Part shown: in pieces, positions 1 through 11,704 of the stretch
Layout: each line of letters begins with the position of its first letter
Numbering within the stretch: position 1 is the first letter of the stretch
Source of the DNA: Strigamia acuminata
Taxonomy: Eukaryota
Reading direction: 5' to 3'
NCBI GenBank assembly: GCA_949358305.1
Contig: OX442314.1
Span: 25,172,001 to 25,236,000 of the forward strand
Length of the DNA stretch: 64,000 nucleotides
The notes under the pieces: generated by a model
What the model was told of the DNA's origin: nothing
Databases searched by the model: none
Seen by the model: the letters and a program-made list of their open reading frames with translations, nothing else
Translations under genes and position numbers: made by a program

Positions 1-244
1 TTTCCATGCTACAGGGAGTAGATTGTAAACAATTTGACATGACCATTGTTCAGACTCAAGAATTGATCACCCATATCCACCTTTTAGGCAAAAGCGTCAT
101 AACATAAGATGATGCACTTGATCTACATCATGTAGGTCGTTCATAGAAAAAAACATGACTTCATTCATGAATACCACAAGAAAGAAAAACTCCATTATCA
201 CAACAAAAAGCTAAAAGATATAAACCGGTATACAAAAATCAAAA

Positions 245-1748
245 ATGTTATTTACTCTAAAAAACATCTGCCTGCGACACGTTTCTCGCATGATATTTCA
301 AGTCTGGAATTTCAATCGAAGTCAAACCACTGCACAGAAAGTTGCAGAGTTGAAAATACAAACGAAGGATTACTTCCATTTCCGTGAGACAATCTATAAT
401 ATTAATGAGAATTACACTCTAAAAGAAAACCAATATTCTTTCAACAGCTGTTCACATATCTAAAGCAATCCTGGATTACATGTACTTGAAATGGGGCTAC
501 TTCACAATCGGCCACGCAGTCTGGCTCCTGGAATCCAGATCTCCAATACTCAACCTCTGGTTTTGGCGCGACAATATAAACATGGAAGATTTATCCCTAT
601 TAATATCACCTGAATCTAAAAAAGTAAAAAAAAAAAATTAAATCAAAATAAATCCAGGGATCCCTGGATCCGCCACAAACTAAAAGACGATAATTTATTG
701 TCCCAAAAATCAGAATCTACAAGAATTAATAATCCCGCGACCGGTCGAGAAGATCCAAGCAGTTTCATCGTTCACCAACCTCAAAACACTCAATTTAACG
801 AACAACACCGTAAACACGAGCAAAGACATCAAGAACCTCTTGTTGCAATGCCAGAATCTCACCAACCTCAACATGGAAGGTTGTGTGCAAGTCGGAAACA
901 AACTATTCAAATCTTTAATCAAAATGAAACCCATTAAGAACAACCTACGAAGTTTACACATCTGTTCCACTTCCGTCTCGCCGTCGATGGCCGTGACCAT
1001 CCTCAACCGCCTGCCACTCCTCGAGAGCTTCACTTACCACGATGTCTTCGGATTCCTTCACCTCAGACACAACAAAAAGAACAAAATCGGCGACAATATT
1101 CACAATTTAAGTCTCGGGCACTTGAATTGCACTTCGTCCTTCCCAACGGGAAGGAAATTCGCGCCTGCGCGCAAGGATTTCAATTCTCTCAAGCAAGTCG
1201 AGTTGATTTTGCCTCAAAATTGCGAGTTGAAAGCGCTTAAGAGCATTTGCGAGAACTGCGCACATCTGGACGCTTTCACGCTTTGGTTTACGTCGGAGAG
1301 CGTAACTTCGAGCATTCAACCAAAAAAGAACTTCGACGATATCGTACGGTCGGTGTTTATACTCGGCGAGAACGAAACGTTCCCCATCAGCCAATTGAAG
1401 TTGATTTCTGTGCAGCACGTCGAGTTGAATTTCCTCTTCTGCAAAATGCCAAATCTGATAAAACTGTGTCTGGAAAACTGTAATATTTGCACTGAATACG
1501 ACCGGAGGATCGGTAAATCGCTTTCTAGTCTCTACGTGAACAATCTGCGCATTTTCGACGTGCGGGAGATCCTAATGCGATGTCCGTACCTGGAGGAATT
1601 GGAATTCGCGCATATTCAAATGCAGTCGGCGCTGTTCAGTGGGATCAAGTTGCCGTGTTTAAAGAAATTCTCTGTCTATCAATGTATGGGCCCGCCATTA
1701 GATTCTGTCAATGTCATAATGACTTATTTTCCAAAACTACTCGCGTAA
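245..1748 (+). CDS. Leucine-rich-repeat protein with N-terminal BC-box-like motif (3 exons: 245-383, 448-623, 714-1748; ~449 aa)
   Basis: GT-AG splicing joins three exons in frame. LRR-type motifs NLKTLNLT, CQNLTNLNMEGC, MPNLIKLCLENC, CPYLEELEF. N-terminal TLKNICLRHV. AATAAA at ~1766. Confidence 0.75.
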
Positions 1749-1914
1749 AAAGTGTTTGTGAGTGCAATAAAAATAAAACAAAATAAAAATAAAACAAATT
1801 ATTTTTATTTACAAAACTATGCAATGAATGATAACTTTTTACATTTACATTTTTAGATTTTTTTTACTTTAAGAGTTTATACATTATTATTTTTGTTTTC
1901 GCTTAGTGTCTGTT

Positions 1915-3190
1915 CTATTTAAATAAAAGCGTGAAAAAACCGAGGACTCCGGTTTCGTGTCCGGGCGATCGTTTTGCGCCGTCGTTGTCTCGTTCGGCGG
2001 CGCTTGGGGAAATTTTAGCCAAAATGCGTTCGCTTTCACGCTCCAAGTCGAAATGTACCATCTGTTTGTGTAGAAATGGCACCACGAGGTTGTATTGATT
2101 GACTTTGCTGTTCAAATCTTTAAATTTGCTCTCGTATTGCTGTACAATTTGTCTCCATTTGTCCCTGTCGTCGTTGCGCAAAAGTTGACGCTGACGGATC
2201 ATTTGTTGCCGCAAACTGTCGATGGATTCGTTGATTTCTTTCTTGAGCATTGCCCACTGCGGCGTGAATCCATTATTAATTAACACCTACAAAATGAAAA
2301 GAATTAATTTAAGAGTTAAAAATTGAAAAAATTAATTTTTTTTTTTACTTGATTTAATTTGTGAGTTGTTGCATCGATGAACGGATGTTCGTCCATTTTT
2401 AATGGTTTTCCTTGCCCGGGTAGGTTGTTAAACTCGCCTTTCGACATCGATTCTTGGATCAAATCTTCCACCAAACGATCTATAGCATTTCTGGTGAAGA
2501 TATAGAATTTAAAAAACTAAAATTTTCGCCTTGAAAACATTTATTTTTACGATATTCTGTGTTTTTTCGCAGCTTTGCGATCTTTAACGAGTAGTGTGCA
2601 CCCATCTTCGGCTTCGATTCGTTTAATTCTATGCTCAGCGACCGTGTTTGCAGCTCGTTCAAAGCAATAACTCTGGTATTGACGCTGTCTTTGACTAGGT
2701 GTGCCCATTCCAACTCCATCGAAGTTCAAGTAATGCCGATGTTGGGGTGCCGTGTGCTGTTCAAGTGAAACAAACTTTTAATAAACTGAATGAAATTGGA
2801 AGAATATTTTGGTACTTTTATATCGTATTCGGCTAGTGTTTCTTCTTGATTGTTTTCCTCGCATTTGCTCTTCAAAACTCGATACGCATTTTCGATGTTT
2901 CCAAATTTTGCGGCGTCGGCTGTAAGTGATCCGCTGTCCGGATGATATTTCTTTGCGAGCGAAAGGTATTTTTCTCGTAATTCATTTAGGCTGCAACCTT
3001 CAGTTACGTTCAGTAGTTTGCGGTGTTTCTGAAACGATATGAAATCGTTACTTTTCGGTTTGTACGAATAAATTTGAGTTTATTTTACATTTAATGCGTT
3101 TTCGTCTGCTAAATTTGATACACATCTGAATAAAAGCCGACAACAACGACTATGAGAACGGAAAAGATTAAGACTGTGTATAAAAACCAT
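1915..3190 (-). CDS. DNAJC28: DnaJ homolog subfamily C member 28 (5 exons)
   Basis: J-domain with AKKYHPD, then [66 protein letters not shown] and VNQYNLVVP. Introns are canonical. Confidence 0.93.
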
Positions 3191-5151
3191 TGAGTTTAGA
3201 TGGAAGTAATAAAAAAAATATTGCACACTTAGAATTTTGAATGTTCGTTTGTTTTTTTCACAATAGCGAGCAAAATTGTGAGGACCAAAATGTAAACAAA
3301 CTCGCCATGTTTTTACAAGTTACCTTGGGCTCCCAGTGTTCGATTTCTGCACTATCACCAGAAGCAAACAATGCATCAGCTACACTAGTTCAAAAATAAA
3401 ATTTCTTTACTGTTTTTTTTTCTTTCTGTGATTTATACAGAACCTAAAACATTTTTAGCGTTAACACCTAGTTAATTTTCAACATTACTTCATGCTAAGA
3501 TTACCAACATCCAACAGTTTGCTAAATTGTTTAACTGACACCGCTGCATTGCACACTCCTGGGAAGCAAGCCATGTAGCGGCCATCTTCTGAAGCTCTCG
3601 CTTGAGCGGGAATTACCACGAAATTCAAATTTGAGAAGAGGGAAACGAGGGAACGAAATCCTGACGACACTTTGACGATTTGTAATTTTCAACAATAACA
3701 ACAATAAATTTGACCGATAAATTTGACTTATAAATTTGTTTATTTCTACTTTTTGCTAAGTTTTTTTTCGTAAAGATGTCGTTATGGTTCAAGCTATTTG
3801 AATATAAAGAAATCAGTATAAATTCGGGCATATGTTAAACAAGATGGAATGGCTGATGAGGGATGCAGAACCATGATACTGAATTTATTGTTGTTCTCGC
3901 TACTTGCCGCCACCGTCGGCGCTATCATGGGCGACAATGCGAGACCTTTGCTTGGAAAGAGCCCCACTTTATCGTGACACGCACTTGCCCTTTAAAAACA
4001 CATTTCTAATCTGTCATCGTTACAGATATTTTCAATAGTAGATTTATTGCTGTGTTTATGTTACAGACGATTTTTTTTAATACAAACGTGATTCTTTTTC
4101 AGCTTATTTCAATAAATCAATAGGAAAATCAAAAGCATAACAGAATCCATCCATTTTTCGAAAAAGGAAAGCGGGAAAAATGAACGAATCGTTACCACTG
4201 TTACCAAACATGCGAGGATATTTTATACATTTTTTTATACACATTTTGGAGCGGAATTAAAATTGTATTTACAGTAGTGAATAAATGAATAAAACAAACA
4301 GAAAAAAAAACAAAAACAAAACAAAAACAAATAATAAACCAGTGAAATAAATGTTAAAAAAAAATACTGACATTTTTTTTAATTAATTCATTGAGGTTAT
4401 ACATAGGTTAGTCAAAGAAATAAGATGATTTTGGTATTTTTAATTAAATCGATTAAAAAACGAAAATTGGCACAAATAAATCCACATGGTGAGAATTAAT
4501 GAAATTAATAAAACAAAAAACAATAACAATTAACTATCATTTAATCCTAATAATTAAAAACAATCGTGCCAATTAAAAAACAAAACAAAAAGGGAATTAT
4601 GTAAACTTTGGTCTAAATAACTGCATACATTTAGCTTTTAAAAACAGCGTACCAAACAGTACCACTTTATACCTATCGTTAAAACAGAAAAAAATAATTA
4701 ATTTCTAATTTTGATCAGTCCCATTTCATTTTGCTTAATTAACACCACACAAAAATTGTGATTTCCAATCAATATCCCCAGCAGTTCACTATTTTTATAC
4801 AAATTTTAAAAACGAATGTAATCTCGTGCAATGAAAAAATCAAAATCAAATTTACAAAAATTAAACGATACATCTCTGAAAAAAAAAAAGAAAAAAAAAA
4901 TATTTCCAATGATAATCAATTGACAATATTTCCACGATCGGCTATTTGAAAAAATCACATGAAACGAACCAAATTTGACCCAATAACTTAATTTCCTTCA
5001 TCTTCTATTGAGCAGATGCATCAGTTTAAACATTAAACATTTTTTTTTAGTCGTTCCGTAATTACACAATTGCCAGGAAACTACTTTTTCGGCGTACAAA
5101 ATTTCTCTAATAGAATAAAAATAAATTCGCGATATCTTCAAATGATCCATT

Positions 5152-8100
5152 TCAAACGGGTCCGTTGGCAGTTGGACTGATCGTAGCTGCTGTTAACTTA
5201 TCCAAAGCCTCTTTCGCTTTCGCCCTATTAACAAAAAAACCCAAAAAAAAAATTTTAATAAACAAAAATTTAATATTCAAATCCAAAAAAAACTCCACCT
5301 TGCTTCCTCGATGCGCGCCTGTTGAGTTGGGTCCAGTTCTTCGTCATCTTTGATGGCGGGTCCGTTTTCCTTCGGTGTTGGACTCGACTGCTTGTTTTGG
5401 GTTTTCAAAAGACCAGATGAAGACAAGAAACTAAAAACACAAAACAAAACAACTTTAGCACCCAAAAACATAAATTCTCTTAATTAAATTAAAATAAAAC
5501 GAGATAAAAGAAGAAAAAAACCAATTCTCACTTAAAATTCTCCGCTAAATCCTCATCCTTTGCATTAGATATGTCTTTCGTATTCTCATCGCTATCGGGA
5601 TTAACAAAATTGCACGAAAAAAAATGTCAAAACCAAACAAAACCAAAATAATAAACACCGAAATCACGTCTAAAATGTTCGTTACAGCTCATTTTCACAC
5701 ATTCCGCGATTTATTCCACCAAATTATCGCGATATTTGCATCTAACGAAGCTAACCAACACTTTAGGTAGGAACGTGTAAATTACCCGCACGAAATCAAC
5801 TCGTCGCGTTCGCCCTGAATGTTTGATCGGTTTGGCGACGAATGCTCACCAGAAGACAATGATGTGGAAGTATTTGCAACTACTGAAAATAATTCGTTAC
5901 ATTTTTTTTCTTCCCCTTTAGATTCTATTCAAATTACTGTATTTATATCTCGGATCCGCCACTTCCGACGTCTCCATCGCCATGGGAGGATTCGAAGCAA
6001 CAGCTGGTGAGGTATTCCTATCAAATTACCCAATTATCCTTTAATTTCTTAACATTTTTGCCATTTCTCCAACCTGAAACTGGTGAATTCACCAAAATTA
6101 GCCCAACCGACTTCGGTTGGCTCGACCGCGGGCTCTGCGCGCAAGTTGACCGCGTCCCACGGATTCACGGGCTCCGAAACCGGCGCAACATCCATCGGTA
6201 CGCTATCAAAATTTGCGGTCCAAGCTGCAAAAATTACAACAACAAAAAAATAATTTTAATTAAAAAAAATAAATAATTAATTAATTAAATTACATTCGCT
6301 TTGGTCGACTTCCATTCGCATCTCCTCATTAGTTGCAACCGGACGCGCCAGTGGTGACGTCGGCGATTCCGAATCTTCCGAATCGGAGCTGTTTCGGTCC
6401 GTGCTGTTAGTACGCACCGACCGAACATTAGTTGCCGCTATCAATCCACTGGATAGTGAACTAAAGAAACAAATAAGTCGATAAACCAATCCCCGCCGTT
6501 CGATTTGCTGTCGCGGACTCACCTAGGCCGATTGGGGAACTTATTGAAGGTCGATTCTTGCGATATCTCGCTCCAAATTTTCTCTTCCCAAACGTCTTCG
6601 TCGCTGTCGGCGTCGTCGAAAGGCTGGATGCGTTCATTGCAAGCACGTTCAAAGAGCTCAGAATTACGCTGAAAGAATTTTTTTAAAAAAATTAATAAAA
6701 ACTCTCAAATTAATGCACTTTTATTTTATATAAAATTCTGCCACGGGTCAGGTACTTTCTAGCTGACGTTCAGTTCATTAACAATTTAAGTCTTACTACG
6801 TCCTTACTACATCATTCCACAACAATACCACGAGTGCTATGTGAAGTATTGATAATCATCACTCTCTTAAACGCCTTAAAAATGCATTTTCTGCATGTTC
6901 AGGTTCAATTTTGTGCATAAAAATGCATTTTTTGCATGTTCAGGTTCAATTTTGTGCATAAAAATGAATTTTTTGCATGTTTAGGTTCAATTTTGAGCAT
7001 AAAAATGCATTTTTTGCATGTTCAGGTTCAATTTTGTGCATAAAAATGCATTTTTTGCATGTTCAGGTTCAATTTTGTGCATAAAAATGCATTTTTTGTG
7101 TGTTAATGCCCACTTTTGTCCAATTTGCGCTTAATTTGTTCATTTCTTCAATTATCAATAACAATCCACACAGCATTGAGTGATATTCAAACTATAAATC
7201 CAATTACAACTCAAAGCCCCAACTTACTGCATTTTCTTCGGCTGAAATATTGAAATTAACGGTTGATAATCGCTCTAACGGCGCACTATAAAAAAAATAA
7301 TTGAAAAAAAAAATTATTATAAACAATTAAATGAACCATAAATGTAATTTACCTAAGACTCTCTTCCTGGTCACCAAACTCATCATCGTTGAAGCCAAAC
7401 TGGTCAATAAAATTACTGGTCATTTGTTGCATCTGATAATCAGAAAAGGCCTGCAATCAGGCCAAAATAACAATGCTCTGTAGAAATACACCAAAGGCAT
7501 GCGCAAGAACAAATAGAATGCCACCAAACCAATAAAAATATTTAAGAAAAAAAAAATAAAGAAAAAAAAAGTAAAACTGCCCAAAAACCGAACAATTTGC
7601 TAAAGCACCAGCAAAACATAAATAAATAAATAAAAAGAAAAATATTTGGTAAATTTAAATTGCTGGTACCGTATTTCAGTGTATTCGCTACAACTTTTTG
7701 TTATCTAGAACGGTAAGAACGGGGTGTGATCGTACCTGTTGAAGAGCAGTGTCTTGCGGGAATGGAATGTCTCGAAACTCCGGATCGTCGTCTTCCGAAC
7801 TCGATTGCAGAGGATGTCCACCAACCTATACAGTAATTAATTAATTACCAACTTATTCTAACTCAATTCCTCCTTTTATTTATTACCAAGGAAGCTAGAT
7901 TCTTCTTGTTAATTTCAGCTAATGTGCTACTAACAAAAGTTTCCCATTTTTGGAGATAGTCTTCGGGGATTTCTAAAAAAAAAATTAATTAATTAATAAT
8001 TAATTTTTTTGAACTGATAAATTAAATAAATACAATTTTAAAAATATTTTAAAAAATTAAACATTTTAATAAAACAAGGTCAGGTACTTTCTAGCTGACG

Positions 8101-10464
8101 TGAATTCACCGACAGTTTGTCTAAGTCGTCGTTACTGCATCATTCCTCGTAAACGTTCAATTTAAAACAAAAATTTCATTTCACCTTTCAACTGAGCCTG
8201 AATCATCTCAGACGTGGGTCCTTTTTCAGCATTTTCCGCGACATGATTCGCAATTTTAGTCAAGTGACCCATGTAACCCCTACGATTACCCCCAGGTTTC
8301 GCTCTGAAAAAGAAAAACAAAAAAAAATATAAAGAAACAAATTACAAAAATTCAAATTTCTTCACTAAAAACCATACTGTTGTTGTTCATTGTCCTCCCA
8401 AGCGTCTAATATCCTTTGAACTAGACAACATTGACTAAAAAGTTGATCTAGTAGAGGATGCGTGTCCCTCTTTTCGTTGTTTTCCGTCGGCAACGTCGAC
8501 AAAATCGTTCCGATCGTTTGCTCAACTTGGGTATGTAGAAAATTATTCCAAGTAAACTTGAAAAATAAATCCTAGAAAAAAAATAAATAAATAAATAAAA
8601 ATAATTAATTTTTAAAATTTTTTTTTCTTCTTCCATTTTACCAATAAAACATCCAAGGTTCCTAAATTAGCTAAATCGTCATCAATACTGTGCCAAAAAA
8701 CAACAGAGGAAATTAATCGAGCTATGTGGATTCTCGTGTTACCCAAAGGCTGTTCTAAAAGACCTATTGTGGTTGGAATTGGGGGTTTCTGTTACGATTT
8801 AAACACAATTATTTAAGTCGCGGCCTCATTTCACACGTCCCAAACGCACTCACATGTGGAGGACTGAGTAATAGTTGATGAAAATCTTTAAGACATGGCC
8901 TCAACGCGGTCAACGTATGAGTGACACTGTTCGCGATTCGTTCTGCGTCGAGTGCCGTCATTTGCTCGTGCGATTCCGGCCGGAAATAGAGAGACGACTG
9001 CTCCGTGGCGGGCAGCTGAGTCGCCGATCCTTGTTTTTTGAATTCTAATAACGATAGTAAGACGGAAATTCCGTTAACTAAGCAACTTTCGTTCTTCTCT
9101 CCCCGGAATATGTGCGTGAGGAGTTCCGCGATGGTTTCACTCCTAAAAGAAATTTTTTTTTTAAAAAAAGGGTTCGTTGTTCGTCCATTTTGAATTTGTT
9201 CAACTCACGCTTCGAGCGTCTGTAACAAGGGATCGGGTTCTGCTTTTTCCTGAAGTTGCGCCATTTGTTCTCTCGTGAATCGCACGATGTCGGCCAGCGC
9301 TTGCGAGGCGTTTGAATGTCGTTCTTCGTCGCTCGTTGGGTCGATTAATGAAACTAATCGTTGAATTACCCGCTGCTCATTTAACCACTAGAAATATAAC
9401 AGAAATAATTAGAATAATAATTATAATTTTTATAAAAATTAATTTTTTCTTTTTTTTACATTTAAAAGTTGAGTTCGTAGATTGCCATTTTCAACGCACG
9501 TTATAAGTCTTAAGAGTAAATCCATAATGGCTGACGTATTTAGATGAGAAATTAATAAATTAATGAAATCATCTTTGGCTTTTAGAAACTCTAAAACCTG
9601 AAATTATCAAAAATAAATATTTTATTAATTTTTTTATTTATTTGGTCAAAAATTTGATTTAATTGAACCAAATAATAATAAAAAAAATTGTATTTTGCTA
9701 CCAAATACTGAAATTTTGCATTTGGTTAACCCAAATTCCAATTTTTTTTTGAATAAAATTAATTTTTTGATTTTCTTCTCACCACTTCAGTTTTCCGCAT
9801 GATTAAAATACCCATGGTTTTACTAAAAAAACTCGCCAATAAAGGATTAAGCGGTTTTTCCGTTTCGAGAAATGTGTAGAGTTTAGAGAGTAAAGCCTCA
9901 TCGCCCGCTAAACTATCATTAATCTGTTGCACATCGGACGTAAGTAATTCACATGCAATATTTGGATATCTGAAAATAAAAAATTAAAAAGAAAAAAAAC
10001 CCATTAATTCTCTTTCATCTTCTCTTCCCCATCGATAAACCGTACTTATACTTTAATTTTTCTTCAATATCATCCGGCGGTTCCATAATAACTAAATTAA
10101 CCATCTCTTCCATGATTTCAGGCCGAACTAAGCTAAAATTCAAATTAAAAATTCGAATTAATCAATGCAAAACAAAATGATCATTTCATCATCCTACAAA
10201 TCAGTCAGCTTCTTATTCTGTGCTTTACATTCCTGCAGAATATCATCCTCATCCATTAATTCTTGCAAGGTAATATCCTAAAAATAAACAAAAACAAATA
10301 AATAAAAATTAATTACAAAAAAAAAAAATAAAAGAATAAAAAATCTTAATTTCCTACATGATTTCATCGTGCATGAAATCAAGCTTACACCAATACATAC
10401 TTACTTCCTTGTTTAAAATCGTTTCTATACGAGATGTTGACACTAAATTGAATTTCCAAAACAT
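5152..10464 (-). CDS. PPP6R3: Serine/threonine phosphatase 6 regulatory subunit (SAPS domain), multi-exon
   Basis: MFWKF start, [66 protein letters not shown], and C-terminal NGPV-stop. The symbol is the closest vertebrate paralog; invertebrates usually have a single gene. Confidence 0.93.
6746..6818 (-). ncRNA. Intronic box C/D snoRNA candidate, copy 1
   Basis: On the minus strand: GGAATGATG (C box) ... ACGTCAGCTAGAAAGTAC-CTGA (D box)-CC. About 73 nt, in a PPP6R intron in sense orientation. Paralog at 8076-8148. Confidence 0.72.
6877..7098. repeat. 41-bp tandem repeat, ~5.4 copies
   Basis: Unit TAAAAATGCATTTTTTGCATGTTCAGGTTCAATTTTGTGCA repeated with few substitutions. Confidence 0.9.
8076..8148 (-). 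ncRNA. Intronic box C/D snoRNA candidate, copy 2
   Basis: On the minus strand: GAGGAATGATG ... ACGTCAGCTAGAAAGTAC-CTGA-CCTT. Terminal stem GAGG/CCTT. The 18 nt before the D box are identical to copy 1. Confidence 0.75.
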
Positions 10465-10619
10465 GGTCGAAATGAATCACTAAAAAAATTAGGAAAAAAA
10501 ATTATCAAAAAGAGAGATTAAAATGGAAATTATCGGCACAATAAGCGATCAAGGAGTGAAAATAAATCGCAAATAGTATTCCATAGATCGCAATGTGTGA
10601 GAATTTGTGGGAAAACTCA

Positions 10620-11700
10620 CCAGAATCGTGCAAAATGAAAAATTTCCAGTCCGTGCTTAGCTCACATTGACAAGACTAGTTTGTAAATTTAGGCCTAACC
10701 TTCAACACCCGCGATGCTTAGCCAACCGAGGCAACGACCAAATAATTATAGTTTTAAGATGAAATGTTTCACGGGACTTTAAGAAATGCCGTGAAGGTAA
10801 AAAAACTAAGACGAAATTAAACAGTTTTCATAAATTGGGAGCGGGAACTTGGACCTGAGGCCAAAATGGCGTTATACAGAAATAATATCCCATAATACGT
10901 TGCAATTTTGACAATTTCTGACGTCACGATGTGAATCTAATTACTCAAGTTTTTCGAACCGGTTGGCGAAATGACGTCAATGCTCTTGTATTGGCTTTAA
11001 GTGAATGGGAAATTTGTCTAATGATACGAAACTTCCTAAAAAAAACAAAATCTTCCGAGACAAACAAACAAATATGTCATGAACAAACAAAAGATTAAAT
11101 ATTTATTCCAGCATTAAAATTTTTTTCATAAAAATTAACTATTTTTCTTTATGATCTATAAAATATCAACACTTTTCAAAATACACAAAAAAATATAAAA
11201 CTACAACACAAATCTTTTTTAGCGCCAAATGTGTCCATCTTTCTTTTATGCTTTTATCACCCACCACACCTTTGTTTTCTTCAATTTCACAACCACAATA
11301 TAAAACAGTTTTCGTTTCCAAGTTTTTATAATTGCCTCATTCCAAATGACAAATTTATTCAAAACAAATTAAAAATCATCACGAATTTGTTTTATTTCAG
11401 GCTTTTCAGCTCAAAAAAGAAAACATTTCTTAAATAAAACAGTTGCCCTCGCCTAGTGCGCTGTTGCGTTAACTTCCCTCTAGTGAGAGCTCCACCAACT
11501 TTACCGGTATAGTGTCATATGTCAAGGTGCTCGAAAAAAAGGTAGGTTATGGGTGAAAAAAACACGCTCACACAGTAAAAATTAATCAATGACGATACAA
11601 AAACACACGATAAACGTATTTGCTACCGCCGAATTGGCATTATCTCGATCTTATCGATACAAATCGTCGCGCTCGTGTGTAAATTTTTCGATTTTAACTC
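10620..11700. promoter_or_regulatory. Probable divergent promoter region of PPP6R (-) and FAM60A (+)
   Basis: Lies between head-to-head genes. Contains AAAATGGCG (YY1-like), two TGACGTCA (CRE) palindromes and TATCGATA (DRE). Candidate first-exon donors at ~10620 (-) and 11542/11807/11860 (+). Confidence 0.5.
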
Positions 11701-11704
11701 TGAC

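Noticed and set aside
710..1418. Minus-strand ORFs of 107 and 103 aa
   Set aside because: Antisense shadows of the LRR coding exon.
3441..3447. AACCTAA (and CCTAACCT at ~10693) as a TTAGG telomerase RNA template
   Set aside because: 7-8-mers are expected by chance in AT-rich DNA; I could not identify a pseudoknot, P6.1 or a proper H/ACA end.
6877..7098. CRISPR-like appearance of regular repeats (also 16020-16432 and 61981-62365)
   Set aside because: Head-to-tail tandem units without unique spacers; eukaryotic context and no cas genes.
7670..7706. Possible PPP6R micro-exon
   Set aside because: 35 nt (frameshifting), and the upstream intron would be only ~30 nt.
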